A stretch of DNA of 62,776 nt, filler included, from Stramenopiles sp. TOSAG23-3 (lineage: Eukaryota), in NCBI GenBank assembly GCA_900128585.1. It is 8 parts of 8 records of this genome, joined end to end, with 100 filler letters (N's around TTAATTAATTAA, not from the genome) between each part and the next. Parts side by side here need not be neighbours in the genome. Positions count along the whole stretch, not along the records: positions 9,939 to 19,767 come from LT642875.1; positions 19,868 to 29,691 come from LT642876.1; 6 more parts are not named here. One strand, 5' to 3'. Below are positions 10,853 to 20,707 of this stretch, in pieces (the stretch's first letter is position 1; each line of letters opens with the position of its first letter). A model generated the notes under the pieces. That model had not been told where the DNA came from, did no database searches, and saw only the letters and a list, made by a program, of their open reading frames with translations. Position numbers and translations under genes: made by a program.

Positions 10853-13525
10853 CTAGTTTAAAGTTAATGTTTGCGAATCCACTCGCCTTTTTTTAGTATT
10901 TTCAAAATATTTTGTAATTGTCTTCTGGTGGCCTTTTCTTTGAACAAGAGGTTTACGTCTTCCAATATTGCTTTGACTTTTTCCTTTCCCTTTAAACGTT
11001 TTCACAGAACCATCACTATTTAATCTTAGGTCTTTTCTAGTGAAAACTCTCGAACGCTCCCCGTTTGGTAAAACTATCACATCGTACCCACCCTCGTCGT
11101 TGAGTTTCATATTATTTCGCCGCATGTCAAGAACACAAGCTGTCGTTCTACCCCTCGCTGCTGAAATATCCATACAAATACGATTTGGATACGTCGATCC
11201 TAAGACTACGCCAGCATTCGAAAGCACACCTGCAGGCGAAGTCCAAGGCTTGTGTAAATATTTCGAAGGGAGTTTCGAAAGCTCTGGGACCCATTTTCTT
11301 GTGTAAGCTCCAGTCGGATCCTGGGATGCATTTATAGGAGACATAAAAAAATTCCATTGGTCAATCCCACACCTCCCTGCATTTTGCCACATCATTGCAT
11401 TAATGCTTATGTCCGTATCAATCAGTTCTCGATGAAAGTGATGTTCACCTTGTCTCCAGTCAATATTAAGAACTTCGCAAAGAAAAGAAGCTGCGACCAT
11501 TCTGACCGACTGATTCATCCAACCAGTCTCATGAAGTTCACGCATCCCCGCATCAACTATTGGAAAACCCGTTTTGCCTTGCTTCCACGCTTTCAGCTGA
11601 GATCTACCAGGTTCTGATGAGACACATGTCCACAGTGTCTGATCGTAATGCTTGCGTATACCAACATCACTCATTTCTGGAAAAACAATATTGTGAAAGT
11701 ATGCAAGGTCTCGCCAATACAAACGCCTGAGAAACGTCTTAGTGATACTTCGATCAGGCACTTTGTCTTTCACAGACCAGTAGACGGTGCGAGGCGAAAT
11801 TTCTCCAAAGCGAAGATGCGGTGAAAGATGTGCACTCGATGTGTCAATATCAGCCCTAGATCGCTTTTTTTCATACGCCATTAGTCCAGCTTTTGTGCAT
11901 ACTATAAACTTGCGCAGTGCGGCATGAGCGGAATCTTCCCCAATTTTCGGCCATGCTCGTAAGATATTCTTTCCCCAGTCACACCCCTTTGGCATCTTGA
12001 CAAATGCAATTTTTTCCGAAACCACTTTGATTTTTGGACGTGCTAATATCATCGGAATATCCAACGGCCGTGGCACAGTCCCTCGTTTTTCGCAAGCACG
12101 CAAAAACGGCATCAATGTTCCCCAGTGGAAGTAGCCTTTTTGCCCAGACGACAAGTTGATTGCAGACGGGTCATGCAACGCCGATGTTACAACAACTTTG
12201 GTCATAATGCCCTCTCGTCGAGCAACCTCAATAAGATTTCTATCTTCCTTCACTCCCATCCCATCGTATCGTTCGCCAAGCAAGATTGACTTTGCTCCAA
12301 CCTCTTTAGCAAAAGCAACTGCACACTTTGCCAGTCCATGTCCCTGATCATCATTCGTATAACGAACAATTAACGGGTTGTCGTAGGCATCACGAAGATT
12401 TTTGTCAAGATTCTTCAAAGATTCTTGCAACCATATTGCGCAGGCACTGTCTTCAAGGGTCCACCGGTTCTTACTTTGCCGTGACCAGATGTATAGAGGA
12501 ATGACAGGACAGTCAAGTGAGGCCGCTTGAACCATCAATGGATTATCTCGCAATCGCAATTCGTTCCGTAAAAGCATAACGACTGGCTTTTTAGTTGCCG
12601 AAGAGTCTGAGTCACCAGGTGTCAATGCTGCTTTCTCGATATCCTTCTTGGCAACCGCATTTGGTTGAATTCCATTACCTCGTTGCAGAAATTCTTTTGC
12701 TCCCAGCAGATCAGTATCCTTCCGAATGGGACTTTCAATTAAAGGAGAAACATTCATTTCATTGTAAATATCCAACACCGATTGTGCACCCTGCATGGCA
12801 CACTCAACGTTACTCAAAAACTTGGTGTCAACGAACACGCCAGTCCAGGGTCTAAATCGAAACCTATTCAACCAAATTTTTGTTGGAACAAAAATAGAAC
12901 CATACAGTTTCACGGTCCCTGTTCCATCTATACCATGGGTTTGTTTCAACCATAAAAGTTCTTCTCTAAGCAAAGAACAATTATTACTAAACTGTAACCA
13001 AATGTCGTTGACAATGCCGGTGGAAAGCTTACTACTCAGCCTTGCTCTCTCCTCCTCTCTTTTTTTTCCTTCTGGATAACATGGCGTCCACGCTACACCT
13101 ATTCGCACTCTTTGCTTCCGTGACTGGGTATTCCGTCGATGTGCTTCATGCTTTAATATTTCGATCGAATCAACCTTTTTCTTCGGAGGAGACCCACTGA
13201 TCAATAATATCCGCTGAATGCCTGAAGAATCTGCCTCGTCATAAAATTTGTTCCATCGGTCCAACAGTTTTTTCCCTGCGGCTATTTGAGCCTCTTTACT
13301 TCTTCCACAGCTGCGCCAGTTATACTTCACTGAAAAATGTACACATATGTCAATAGGATTTTTCACAGAGGCAAGAATTACCCTTGCATCCTCTATTAAA
13401 GTGTCTTCTTTAGATTTGTTCGTCAAGTTTATCCCAAGAATTTCGTTGCCCCATTTCTTTACTGCACTAACCAACTCACCTCGTGTCTTAAAGAAACTTT
13501 CAACTCTTGGTTTGCATGTATTCAT
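10853..13525 (-). CDS. Cryptochrome/photolyase, plant-like CryP/PCRY-like group, with N-terminal MetF/MTHFR-like domain
   Basis: LRNELRLRDNP, SAHLSPHLRFGEISPR, FLRRLYWRD, WKQGKTGFPIVDAGMREL..TGWM, MMWQNAGRCGIDQWNF and DPTGAYTRKWVPEL, plus a ~290-aa extra N-terminal domain. Confidence 0.92.
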   Translation of the reverse strand: MNTCKPRVESFFKTRGELVSAVKKWGNEILGINLTNKSKEDTLIEDARVILASVKNPIDICVHFSVKYNWRSCGRSKEAQIAAGKKLLDRWNKFYDEADSSGIQRILLISGSPPKKKVDSIEILKHEAHRRNTQSRKQRVRIGVAWTPCYPEGKKREEERARLSSKLSTGIVNDIWLQFSNNCSLLREELLWLKQTHGIDGTGTVKLYGSIFVPTKIWLNRFRFRPWTGVFVDTKFLSNVECAMQGAQSVLDIYNEMNVSPLIESPIRKDTDLLGAKEFLQRGNGIQPNAVAKKDIEKAALTPGDSDSSATKKPVVMLLRNELRLRDNPLMVQAASLDCPVIPLYIWSRQSKNRWTLEDSACAIWLQESLKNLDKNLRDAYDNPLIVRYTNDDQGHGLAKCAVAFAKEVGAKSILLGERYDGMGVKEDRNLIEVARREGIMTKVVVTSALHDPSAINLSSGQKGYFHWGTLMPFLRACEKRGTVPRPLDIPMILARPKIKVVSEKIAFVKMPKGCDWGKNILRAWPKIGEDSAHAALRKFIVCTKAGLMAYEKKRSRADIDTSSAHLSPHLRFGEISPRTVYWSVKDKVPDRSITKTFLRRLYWRDLAYFHNIVFPEMSDVGIRKHYDQTLWTCVSSEPGRSQLKAWKQGKTGFPIVDAGMRELHETGWMNQSVRMVAASFLCEVLNIDWRQGEHHFHRELIDTDISINAMMWQNAGRCGIDQWNFFMSPINASQDPTGAYTRKWVPELSKLPSKYLHKPWTSPAGVLSNAGVVLGSTYPNRICMDISAARGRTTACVLDMRRNNMKLNDEGGYDVIVLPNGERSRVFTRKDLRLNSDGSVKTFKGKGKSQSNIGRRKPLVQRKGHQKTITKYFENTKKRRVDSQTLTLN

Positions 13526-14151
13526 TTTGTAAAAACTTGTTAGTCGTGAGCAATCAATTTAATGGTCTTTGTCACTAGGATCAAATCTGAATAAACATTG
13601 CAAATTGTACACGAACACATATCATTTCTATAAGTATTAGATTTCTCATTTTTGTTTTGTTCTTCGTTGTTCTTTTTTCTTTCTTCTCATTTTCTTCATC
13701 ATTCACACTGTACTATTATTATTACCTGTACTACCAGGGTCTATTATTATTAATATTATTATATGTGACATAAGCAAATAGTAGGGCAAACTCATCATCA
13801 TCAATCCAACAGCAATATTATTATATTGAATAGCAGGAATACGAGGAGGTGACGAGGACTTCAAAATTTCTTTGTTTGTCGTCGTCGATGAATTTCAACA
13901 TTTTTCGCTCTTTTTTTTTCAATTGTAAAAGCTTCACAGCGCACTGAGCCCCTGTACCCCTAGCGTTAAATCTGCTTCTTGCTGTTTCCTCGTAGTCTAA
14001 ATTGAAATTGTCGGGTTGTACAGACACGACTGCAGCAATTCTTGCGATTTTGTAATTCTTATAGTATAATATTAGTATGAAAATCCACTTTTGACTTTTT
14101 AGGAGAAATATATTAATATTATGTGGATATTTGACCAATGTAAATGCTTGA

Positions 14152-15291
14152 TCAATACAAGAAAAATCTCTCAGAAACCCTTGTCTCGGCGAAGTGGGAA
14201 GGAAAGTATCGGCACAAACGATGAACCACATTTATGCGTTGCATAATGGAACGCTCTTCTGACATCAACTCTTCTAAATCCTCTTCCATTCGCACCTGTT
14301 CTTCCGCATCCGTATTGTTCAAGTAAAAATGAATATGCAATAGCTCATCAAACCGATGAAGTAGCAAAGAGAGCAAACCGAGGTCTGCAGGCTCCATTCG
14401 ATAGAGTTGCTGTGATTTGCGACCTTATCGAATATTTGCTCAATATCTCTCAGAGTCATGCGCATTTCAAATTGAGTGTTAACTCGCAATGCATCAGAAC
14501 CAAGCCGTTTGAAAACATAGTGGCCGCAGTTGTAAATTGCAGTAGCTGCCATGATCGCAGGTGCTAATGCCATAGTTTCCAGATTGAATTGGTTAGCCTT
14601 TAATAAACGATCAAATTTTCCCATTGCAACCATTATTTCTTTCTTCATGTATAATGCTTGCAGAAGCATCAACTCAATAACGTCTCCAGTTATTATATTT
14701 GTCTTCGGGTCTCGTATCTGTGTTTCCATCGTTCGCACTATGGTATCCATCTTCATTGCAGTAGAATCCGCTTCAATTTTAGCCCTAATGTCTGATGAAA
14801 GTAAACTTGGGTCTGCCTTGCCGAATGCAGTCAAAGACCCGATAAATCCCTGTTTGTCAGCGAGGGTCCTTGTGGTGTTGTAATCCCTTAAAGCGGACAC
14901 AAGAATCTGTTTTGATGCCTCAATTTCTTCTGGGTCCGTAACCTCACCATAGTCATCAAAAAATATTTCTCGAAAAAGAGTAGTGAGCGGCTCTGTAACA
15001 TGCTCTACAATAAAATTTTCAACACTTACTTTAAATTTGCTGGAGTACTCAACAATTGTTTGTTTGTTGATACCTGCTTTCTTCGCATAAATAGCTCCTC
15101 CAACCACTCCAGTGGCAAGTACGCCTCAGTAGCCAGTTGGGCTTTTTCAAGTGGGAAAATTGTGATCGCTGAGCGGCCATAAACTTCGGTACTGAGGAAA
15201 TTAATTCTCCAATATTAAGCATAAGTGCACTGGCGAAGTTAAGGCCCATCACTCTTGGACCACCATCTCTGGACACTGGCGCGCTCGAACC
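14152..15291 (-). pseudogene. NCA2/DGS1-like mitochondrial membrane protein, split by two frameshifts and 5'-truncated
   Basis: Three frames join up: ...KKPNWLLRR (to ~15120); FIVEHVTEPL...LLQALYMKKEIMVAMGKFDRLLKANQFN (15107-14400); DLGLLSLLLHR...EDLEELM (14397-14152). Confidence 0.7.
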
Positions 15292-15301
15292 CTATTTCTC
15301 T

Positions 15302-16126
15302 TCACTCGCTTGGTTCAACGTATGGTATTGTCATGTTCATAGTTGCCGTGTACAAATCATTCTCCCCCCCCCCCTTTCTTTTCACCAAAACAAGTTTCGC
15401 CCTTTTCAATTGAACGAATGCTGCCTTCCCGCCCTCCTCTTCTGTACTAATGCTGTTGTAAATGTGCTGTGAATCAATCGCGTCTGAAAACTGCCGTATA
15501 TCTACATGGAAATCGCTCGATTCCTCCAAGCAGCCCACAAAGTCTTCTACGTTCAAGCGTATCGGGTCACAGACTATGGCCACACCCTTCGCTGAGATCG
15601 ATTTCTTTATAACTTTTGCCACGTACGGTGCTGCCCCTCGGTAAAAAAGAACGTCACTCCCAATTACTAGGTCATATTTTGCTTCTTCGAAAACATCTAG
15701 CTTTTCCCAATTTCTTCTCTCGAAAGCAATCCTGTCTCCAATCAGGCCATTTGCCAAGGCACTCTTTTTCGCTATCGTAAGGGCATCTTCAACAAGGTCA
15801 GTGGCCAGAATTTTTGTATTTTTTGTCACCAAGGCACAGGTCAACGAGCAGAGTGCCCCACCGCAACCGATTTCGAGGACCTCCTTTTCTTCGATTGGCA
15901 ACCGCTTCAATAACTGGGCGAACACAATGCTACTGAACCACACATACTCCCAAAGGTCGCACTGCTTTTTTTTCATTGAAAAGTTTACACCCTTCGGGTT
16001 CTTAATATGGACCATATTTACATGCAGCGTATCGCTTTGCCCAGGACAATCGATGGGAATCTTTGACAGGCAAAGGGGGGGCAACCCAGCGTCCCCGGCT
16101 TCTCTTTCGGCAGGCACAGTTTCCAT
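15302..16126 (-). CDS. SAM-dependent methyltransferase, family 16 (METTL21/EEF1AKMT-like)
   Basis: LWEYVW..S..FAQLL, VLEIGCGG, ILATD and YDLVIGSDVLFY motifs. Confidence 0.88.
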   Translation of the reverse strand: METVPAEREAGDAGLPPLCLSKIPIDCPGQSDTLHVNMVHIKNPKGVNFSMKKKQCDLWEYVWFSSIVFAQLLKRLPIEEKEVLEIGCGGALCSLTCALVTKNTKILATDLVEDALTIAKKSALANGLIGDRIAFERRNWEKLDVFEEAKYDLVIGSDVLFYRGAAPYVAKVIKKSISAKGVAIVCDPIRLNVEDFVGCLEESSDFHVDIRQFSDAIDSQHIYNSISTEEEGGKAAFVQLKRAKLVLVKRKGGGENDLYTATMNMTIPYVEPSE

Positions 16127-16792
16127 TCTGATTCAAAACTCAAAAACCGCCCTGTACAGTTGTGGACGAGCGCGTATGAAAAAATGTTTAACCCTAAGCG
16201 CGGAATCGGATCGTTTCTGTGTACGAGTTGGGTAATCACTACAAAGTAGATGTGAAAGGCGGAAAGAAAGTCAAACCAAAAGCGCCTGTCGTTGATTGGA
16301 GTTTGTTGGGTAGTTGGTACGTACCGGCCGGTAGTAAAAAAAAATATTTTATTATTATTATTATTGGTGGAGTAGAAGAAGGAAGAATATTATTATTAGC
16401 TTACTACCTATTACCTGTACGGTACCGGTACCTATTATAGCTATTGGAAGTAGTAGTGGAAAGATGTGAAACATACGAGGAGTACATACAACAAGAATAT
16501 AATAATAAAAAATACCTCGAAAGCTATAATAAGAAACAGCAGGACAGAATGAAATTTTTTAAATTTTTATCAACAATATTATATGAGATAGACGACTAAG
16601 ATTTAGAATCCCCCCAAAAGATACAAATAATACCATGGGAACGCAGATCCCACGACCCTCTACCGGAATATATTTACAAAGTGCGAGTAAAAAAGACGGA
16701 AGATAGAAACCAAGACGAAAAAAACCCCAGAGTCATGCAGAAGTTTCGCTGAACCTCGGAACACTTTTCTGTACACTTTCCAGGTTTTGCCC

Positions 16793-19270
16793 TTACTCGT
16801 CAGGTTCCTTTTCGCGCTGTACTCCCTTCGGGGTAAGCGTAATCATAACTTTATCGTGGCTTCCTTGAAAAAGCATGTCGCCTTTGTACTCCAAGTATTT
16901 AAACTTTTTCCCACGCATCAGCATTCCGACAAGAGTGTCAGAGATGTCTTGGTACGTTACGAAAAGAGGGCCGAACGCAACACAGGGCAATCCGTCGTCG
17001 TTCACGGAACCAGTGGTAACGATTACGTGGAGCAGTTTCTTTACTTCCTTCTGGACCCACAACTTTGCCTTTGCGGCCCTGTCTGCTGCTGCGGACCCTT
17101 CTTTTGGCTTTCCGTAATTTTTGTCCTTATTTATTTTGATTCGACTTTTGACCCCTCCACCAGTGTACTTTCCGGAAAAAATGTTTGTTTTCTGCTTCTC
17201 TTCGTAGTCTCCGACCCGCTTGTTCCAGATAGCCAACCTACTCTTCAAGTCTCCCCCACCAACCTTCGCAGGCTTTAGGTCGCCAGACGTTCTTCGTTCT
17301 GCTATGACGCTTCTACGTTTCATGGCAGTTTCTTTCCTTTTCTTAAAATACGCAGCGTTTTTCTTGTCGAACTCTTTCTCTGTCTTCTTTTCCAGTTCTG
17401 CCTTGGCTTTTAGCTTCCGTGCGTCCTCTTCTTGCTTTTTCTTCTCGTCTTCAAGCCTTTTCTTCTTCTCCTCCTCGCGCTTCTTCTTCTCGTCCTCCCG
17501 CTTTTTTTGTTCTTGTTCGCGCTTCAGAGCCTCTCCCTTTTTCTTCTTCGCTTCTTCTTCTTCTAGAAGCTTTTTGGCAGCAGCTGCTTTCTGAGCCTCT
17601 TTTACTTTTTGAGCCTCCTTTACTTTCCGAGCTTCCTCTGCAACGCGAGCCGCCCTCTTCCGCTCTTTCTCGCGTCGTTCAGCCTCCTCTTTCTCCTTCC
17701 GGGCCGCCAAGTCTTCGCGCAGTTTCCGGTCCTTCTCGTCTTGCTTCTTCAAATCGCTCACCTCTTTTGCCCGGCGTTCCGCCTCTTTTGCAGCGTTCTC
17801 TTTCGCCGCCCTCTCTTTCGCAGCCTTCTCATCCTGCAGCTTTCTTGTGTAATAATCCGTTTTTTTCAGGGATGCAGGGGGCGCTCCTGGAAACCCACCT
17901 GCAGTATTCTTTGGGCCAAACCCTTGGGCGTTGGACGCGGTCCCTCCATTCTTTGGGCCGAACCCTTGGGCTTTCGTTGTGGTTGTTCCTGCCCCGAACC
18001 CCCGTGCCGCCGGCGCCGCCCCAGTTTTCTCCATTTTTTCCATTTCTACGATCAACTTGCTCATCGTAGAAGCACCCTTCTTCCCCGACACAGACTGCAT
18101 CGTCGTATGGCCGTAACGTTCCCCTAACGGGACCTTCGTGTCCAATGGCGCGGCGGCCGGGGCCTTGGGGGCTGTCGGGGTGGCGGCCTTGGGGGCTGTC
18201 GGGGTGGCGGCCTTGGGGGCTGGAGCGCTCGACGCAGCGGCCTTCGGATCATTCTTTTTCTCCGCAAGCTTCTTCAAGGACATGCGCTTTGCTTTTCGGT
18301 TCGGTGGTAAGGGTTTTAATATTTCCATGTAATCAGTTTGAACGTACCCAACGGTTCCGTGGTAGTTCACTGTCCAAAAGTCCTCGTCCAACTTCGCCAC
18401 CAGCATGACAAGTGCATTGGCGGGGACAGAGATTTCCCCTTCTACTTCTGCGTTGAAATCATAAAGCAGCATGGCCGTTCCGGGCCTTACCTGCTCAAGA
18501 GTAGAGTTGCGGATGTTGGCCGGGGTGCTCTGCTGGTGGGGAAGGGTCCCTTGCGCAGCCATGATGGGGTTGAACTGCTCGTTCTGCCGGTGTCGCGTAA
18601 CCTCAAGGCTTTCTAACTCGGTTTGAAGCTTTCTTATGATTCGGGCAATCGCGTGCATCCAGAAAAACCTCGATTGCTCGTCTTTGGTACCGAAGTAGTA
18701 GCTGGCGTTGAAGTCTGACACTTGGAAGGCAAACTGTCCACCTGGGGCATCACCGACGTAGAAATCTGCAGTGAACACAAGGACGTGTACCTCGTGCGCC
18801 TTTTCCTTGTCGTCCTTTCCACCTTCATACACCAGGATACGGTCGGGGAACAGCGCGACGTGCTGCTCGGCCCAGGACTTGCCGTGGTCCTGACTGTGCT
18901 CCAGAACGCCCTCAATGATGCTTTTGGCGTTCGCTTTCTGCTGGGCAAACACAAACACACTGAACGCCTTGATCCAGTGCTCCCTTTCCGAAGAGTTCTC
19001 GGCACCGAGCGTTAGTATTTCACCGTTCAGGAAGTATATGTCGAAAGCGTACTCGGGAATTTTCGAGTCCTTGGAGGCGTTGGGTCGAACGTCCGCTACC
19101 CCTTCCATCTTTTGCACCCCTTTGGCCTTGAAGGGGCCATGGGCAGCATCTTTCGGCGATGCGTATTTTTCCAACGTGTCGCCCCGGAGGACGTAGTAGC
19201 GCTTGACAAACGACTTTTTAAACAGCCCACCCCGTTTCAAGAGGTAGCCACGCTTGCCGGGCGTTGCCAT
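16793..19270 (-). CDS. PH-PH-SH3-coiled coil protein with C-terminal ABRA/STARS (Costars) domain
   Basis: KRGYLLKRG...KRYYVL...W (PH), a second PH domain, and LYDFNAE..GEIS...W...GYV (SH3). C-terminus YGKPKEGS...VAFGPLF..Y..ISDTLVGMLMRGKK...GDMLFQG..D.V.ITL. First ATG at 19270. Confidence 0.88.
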   Translation of the reverse strand: MATPGKRGYLLKRGGLFKKSFVKRYYVLRGDTLEKYASPKDAAHGPFKAKGVQKMEGVADVRPNASKDSKIPEYAFDIYFLNGEILTLGAENSSEREHWIKAFSVFVFAQQKANAKSIIEGVLEHSQDHGKSWAEQHVALFPDRILVYEGGKDDKEKAHEVHVLVFTADFYVGDAPGGQFAFQVSDFNASYYFGTKDEQSRFFWMHAIARIIRKLQTELESLEVTRHRQNEQFNPIMAAQGTLPHQQSTPANIRNSTLEQVRPGTAMLLYDFNAEVEGEISVPANALVMLVAKLDEDFWTVNYHGTVGYVQTDYMEILKPLPPNRKAKRMSLKKLAEKKNDPKAAASSAPAPKAATPTAPKAATPTAPKAPAAAPLDTKVPLGERYGHTTMQSVSGKKGASTMSKLIVEMEKMEKTGAAPAARGFGAGTTTTKAQGFGPKNGGTASNAQGFGPKNTAGGFPGAPPASLKKTDYYTRKLQDEKAAKERAAKENAAKEAERRAKEVSDLKKQDEKDRKLREDLAARKEKEEAERREKERKRAARVAEEARKVKEAQKVKEAQKAAAAKKLLEEEEAKKKKGEALKREQEQKKREDEKKKREEEKKKRLEDEKKKQEEDARKLKAKAELEKKTEKEFDKKNAAYFKKRKETAMKRRSVIAERRTSGDLKPAKVGGGDLKSRLAIWNKRVGDYEEKQKTNIFSGKYTGGGVKSRIKINKDKNYGKPKEGSAAADRAAKAKLWVQKEVKKLLHVIVTTGSVNDDGLPCVAFGPLFVTYQDISDTLVGMLMRGKKFKYLEYKGDMLFQGSHDKVMITLTPKGVQREKEPDE
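18162..18222. repeat. 24-bp coding tandem repeat (APKAATPT), about 2.5 copies
   Basis: GCCTTGGGGGCTGTCGGGGTGGCG is repeated. Confidence 0.9.
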
Positions 19271-19767
19271 GGAGAGGTACTGTAGCGGAAGGCGCAACGC
19301 GGTACAGTCGGTCGCGTTTTCGAAGCCAAAACGTTTAAAAGAAAGGCTAGAGAATCAACGGCAACGGTCTTTCTGTCGGACAGCACAGTAGTTTTGAACA
19401 AAACTGAAGTGTAAGGAAGCCCCTCCTTTCACTCTTTCTTATTTAAATTGGAGGCCAATAGCCGCCAACTCACAAACAAAGTGAAGAATTTTTGTCACAT
19501 TGAAGTACGACGTACGAAGAAGAAGAGGAGGAAGAAGAATAATAAAAAAAATAGGAAGAGAATATAAAATAATATTAGAAGGATGGAGAGAGGCAGCAGG
19601 CTGGCCTGCGATCCTGATGCGATCCTGCGATGCGATCCTCCTCCCTGCGATAATAAAATAAATTTTACTATAAAATAATATGACACTGTGGTAGACTACT
19701 ATGGAAGAAGTATGAAGAAGTTTTAAATTATTTGGATTCCTCGTAGGTTATGAGCTATTATGATATA

Positions 19768-19867
19768 NNNNNNNNNNNNNNNNNNNNNNNNNNNNNNNNN
19801 NNNNNNNNNNNTTAATTAATTAANNNNNNNNNNNNNNNNNNNNNNNNNNNNNNNNNNNNNNNNNNNN
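19768..19867. other. Artificial contig linker
   Basis: N44-TTAATTAATTAA-N44. Confidence 0.99.
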
Positions 19868-19869
19868 GC

Positions 19870-19953
19870 CTGTCCAAGTGCAAGGCCGAGAAGGATGCCA
19901 CTAAATGCGAAGAGAACTGCAACAAGTTGATGGACTTGTGCAAGGCGAAGTAA
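19870..19953 (+). CDS. 3' end of a gene with a Cys-rich tail (partial)
   Basis: LSKCKAEKDATKCEENCNKLMDLCKAK* at the contig start, with GC3-rich codons. Confidence 0.45.
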   Translation: MSKCKAEKDATKCEENCNKLMDLCKAK

Positions 19954-20707
19954 ATATATTCCAGTGACAGGTAACGAAAGTTTTTAATAGCATAGTGCAG
20001 GTCAGCATGCTGGAACCTTTGGAGCGAAGGTTCCGAGCGTGAGGAGATATTTAGAGAGAGGAGCGGGACGAGCGTCGTAGCGTTGTTTCTCGTGTGCGTT
20101 GTAGAAGGGAGGGCTAGGGGGCGGAAGTCCATCGGGGCGGGGGGTGCCGCGGCACTTTCCAAAGATTGAAGTGGGGGGGAGCATTAGCGAGGCCGGTGTT
20201 GGCCGAATGCCTTGGTTTGTTGCTGGCTCAGGGAGCCGTATTAACTTATATTTAACGGAGCATAAATACTTCTTACTTCAATTGAAAAAGCATATTGTGT
20301 ACTCTACTGGTATGTCATACATCGTTGAGACTTCTTTGATGTTACCAAACCCCCGGAAGCCCCGACCCCTCTGCCCCCATGCTACTCCTACGAACCCTCT
20401 CAACATTTAGAGTGGGGGGTGAAAATTTTGTAAACCCCACTGCACTCACTCCTGCATTATCATGATAAGGCAGACAAACGAATCGCATTTAGTCGTACTG
20501 TACAGATCTTCATAATAAAGCTTAAAATAACTCTACTAAAAACAGTAAAAATTATGTTTTTTTTATAAACGCGTGACGTTTAACTTCGCAAAAAGAAATA
20601 CGAACGAGACACGAATTGCCCGTGCCCGTAGCTGCTGACAATTTTGCCGCACCAACCTGGAACGACCCCAGAGGCAACTCAACCGGGGGTCGCTCATGTG
20701 AATTAGT

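Noticed and set aside
13617-13636. ATCATTTCTATA resembling U3 snoRNA box A
   Set aside because: Short AT-rich match with no downstream B, C or D boxes.
13821-14231. 136-aa ORF downstream of the NCA2-like gene
   Set aside because: Non-ATG start, overlap with the NCA2 tail, an AT-rich middle and no recognisable motif.
20012-20034. GGAACCTT-loop-AAGGTTCC hairpin in a GC-rich non-coding stretch
   Set aside because: A single 8-bp stem with no recognisable ncRNA or SECIS features; an Infernal/Rfam scan would be needed.
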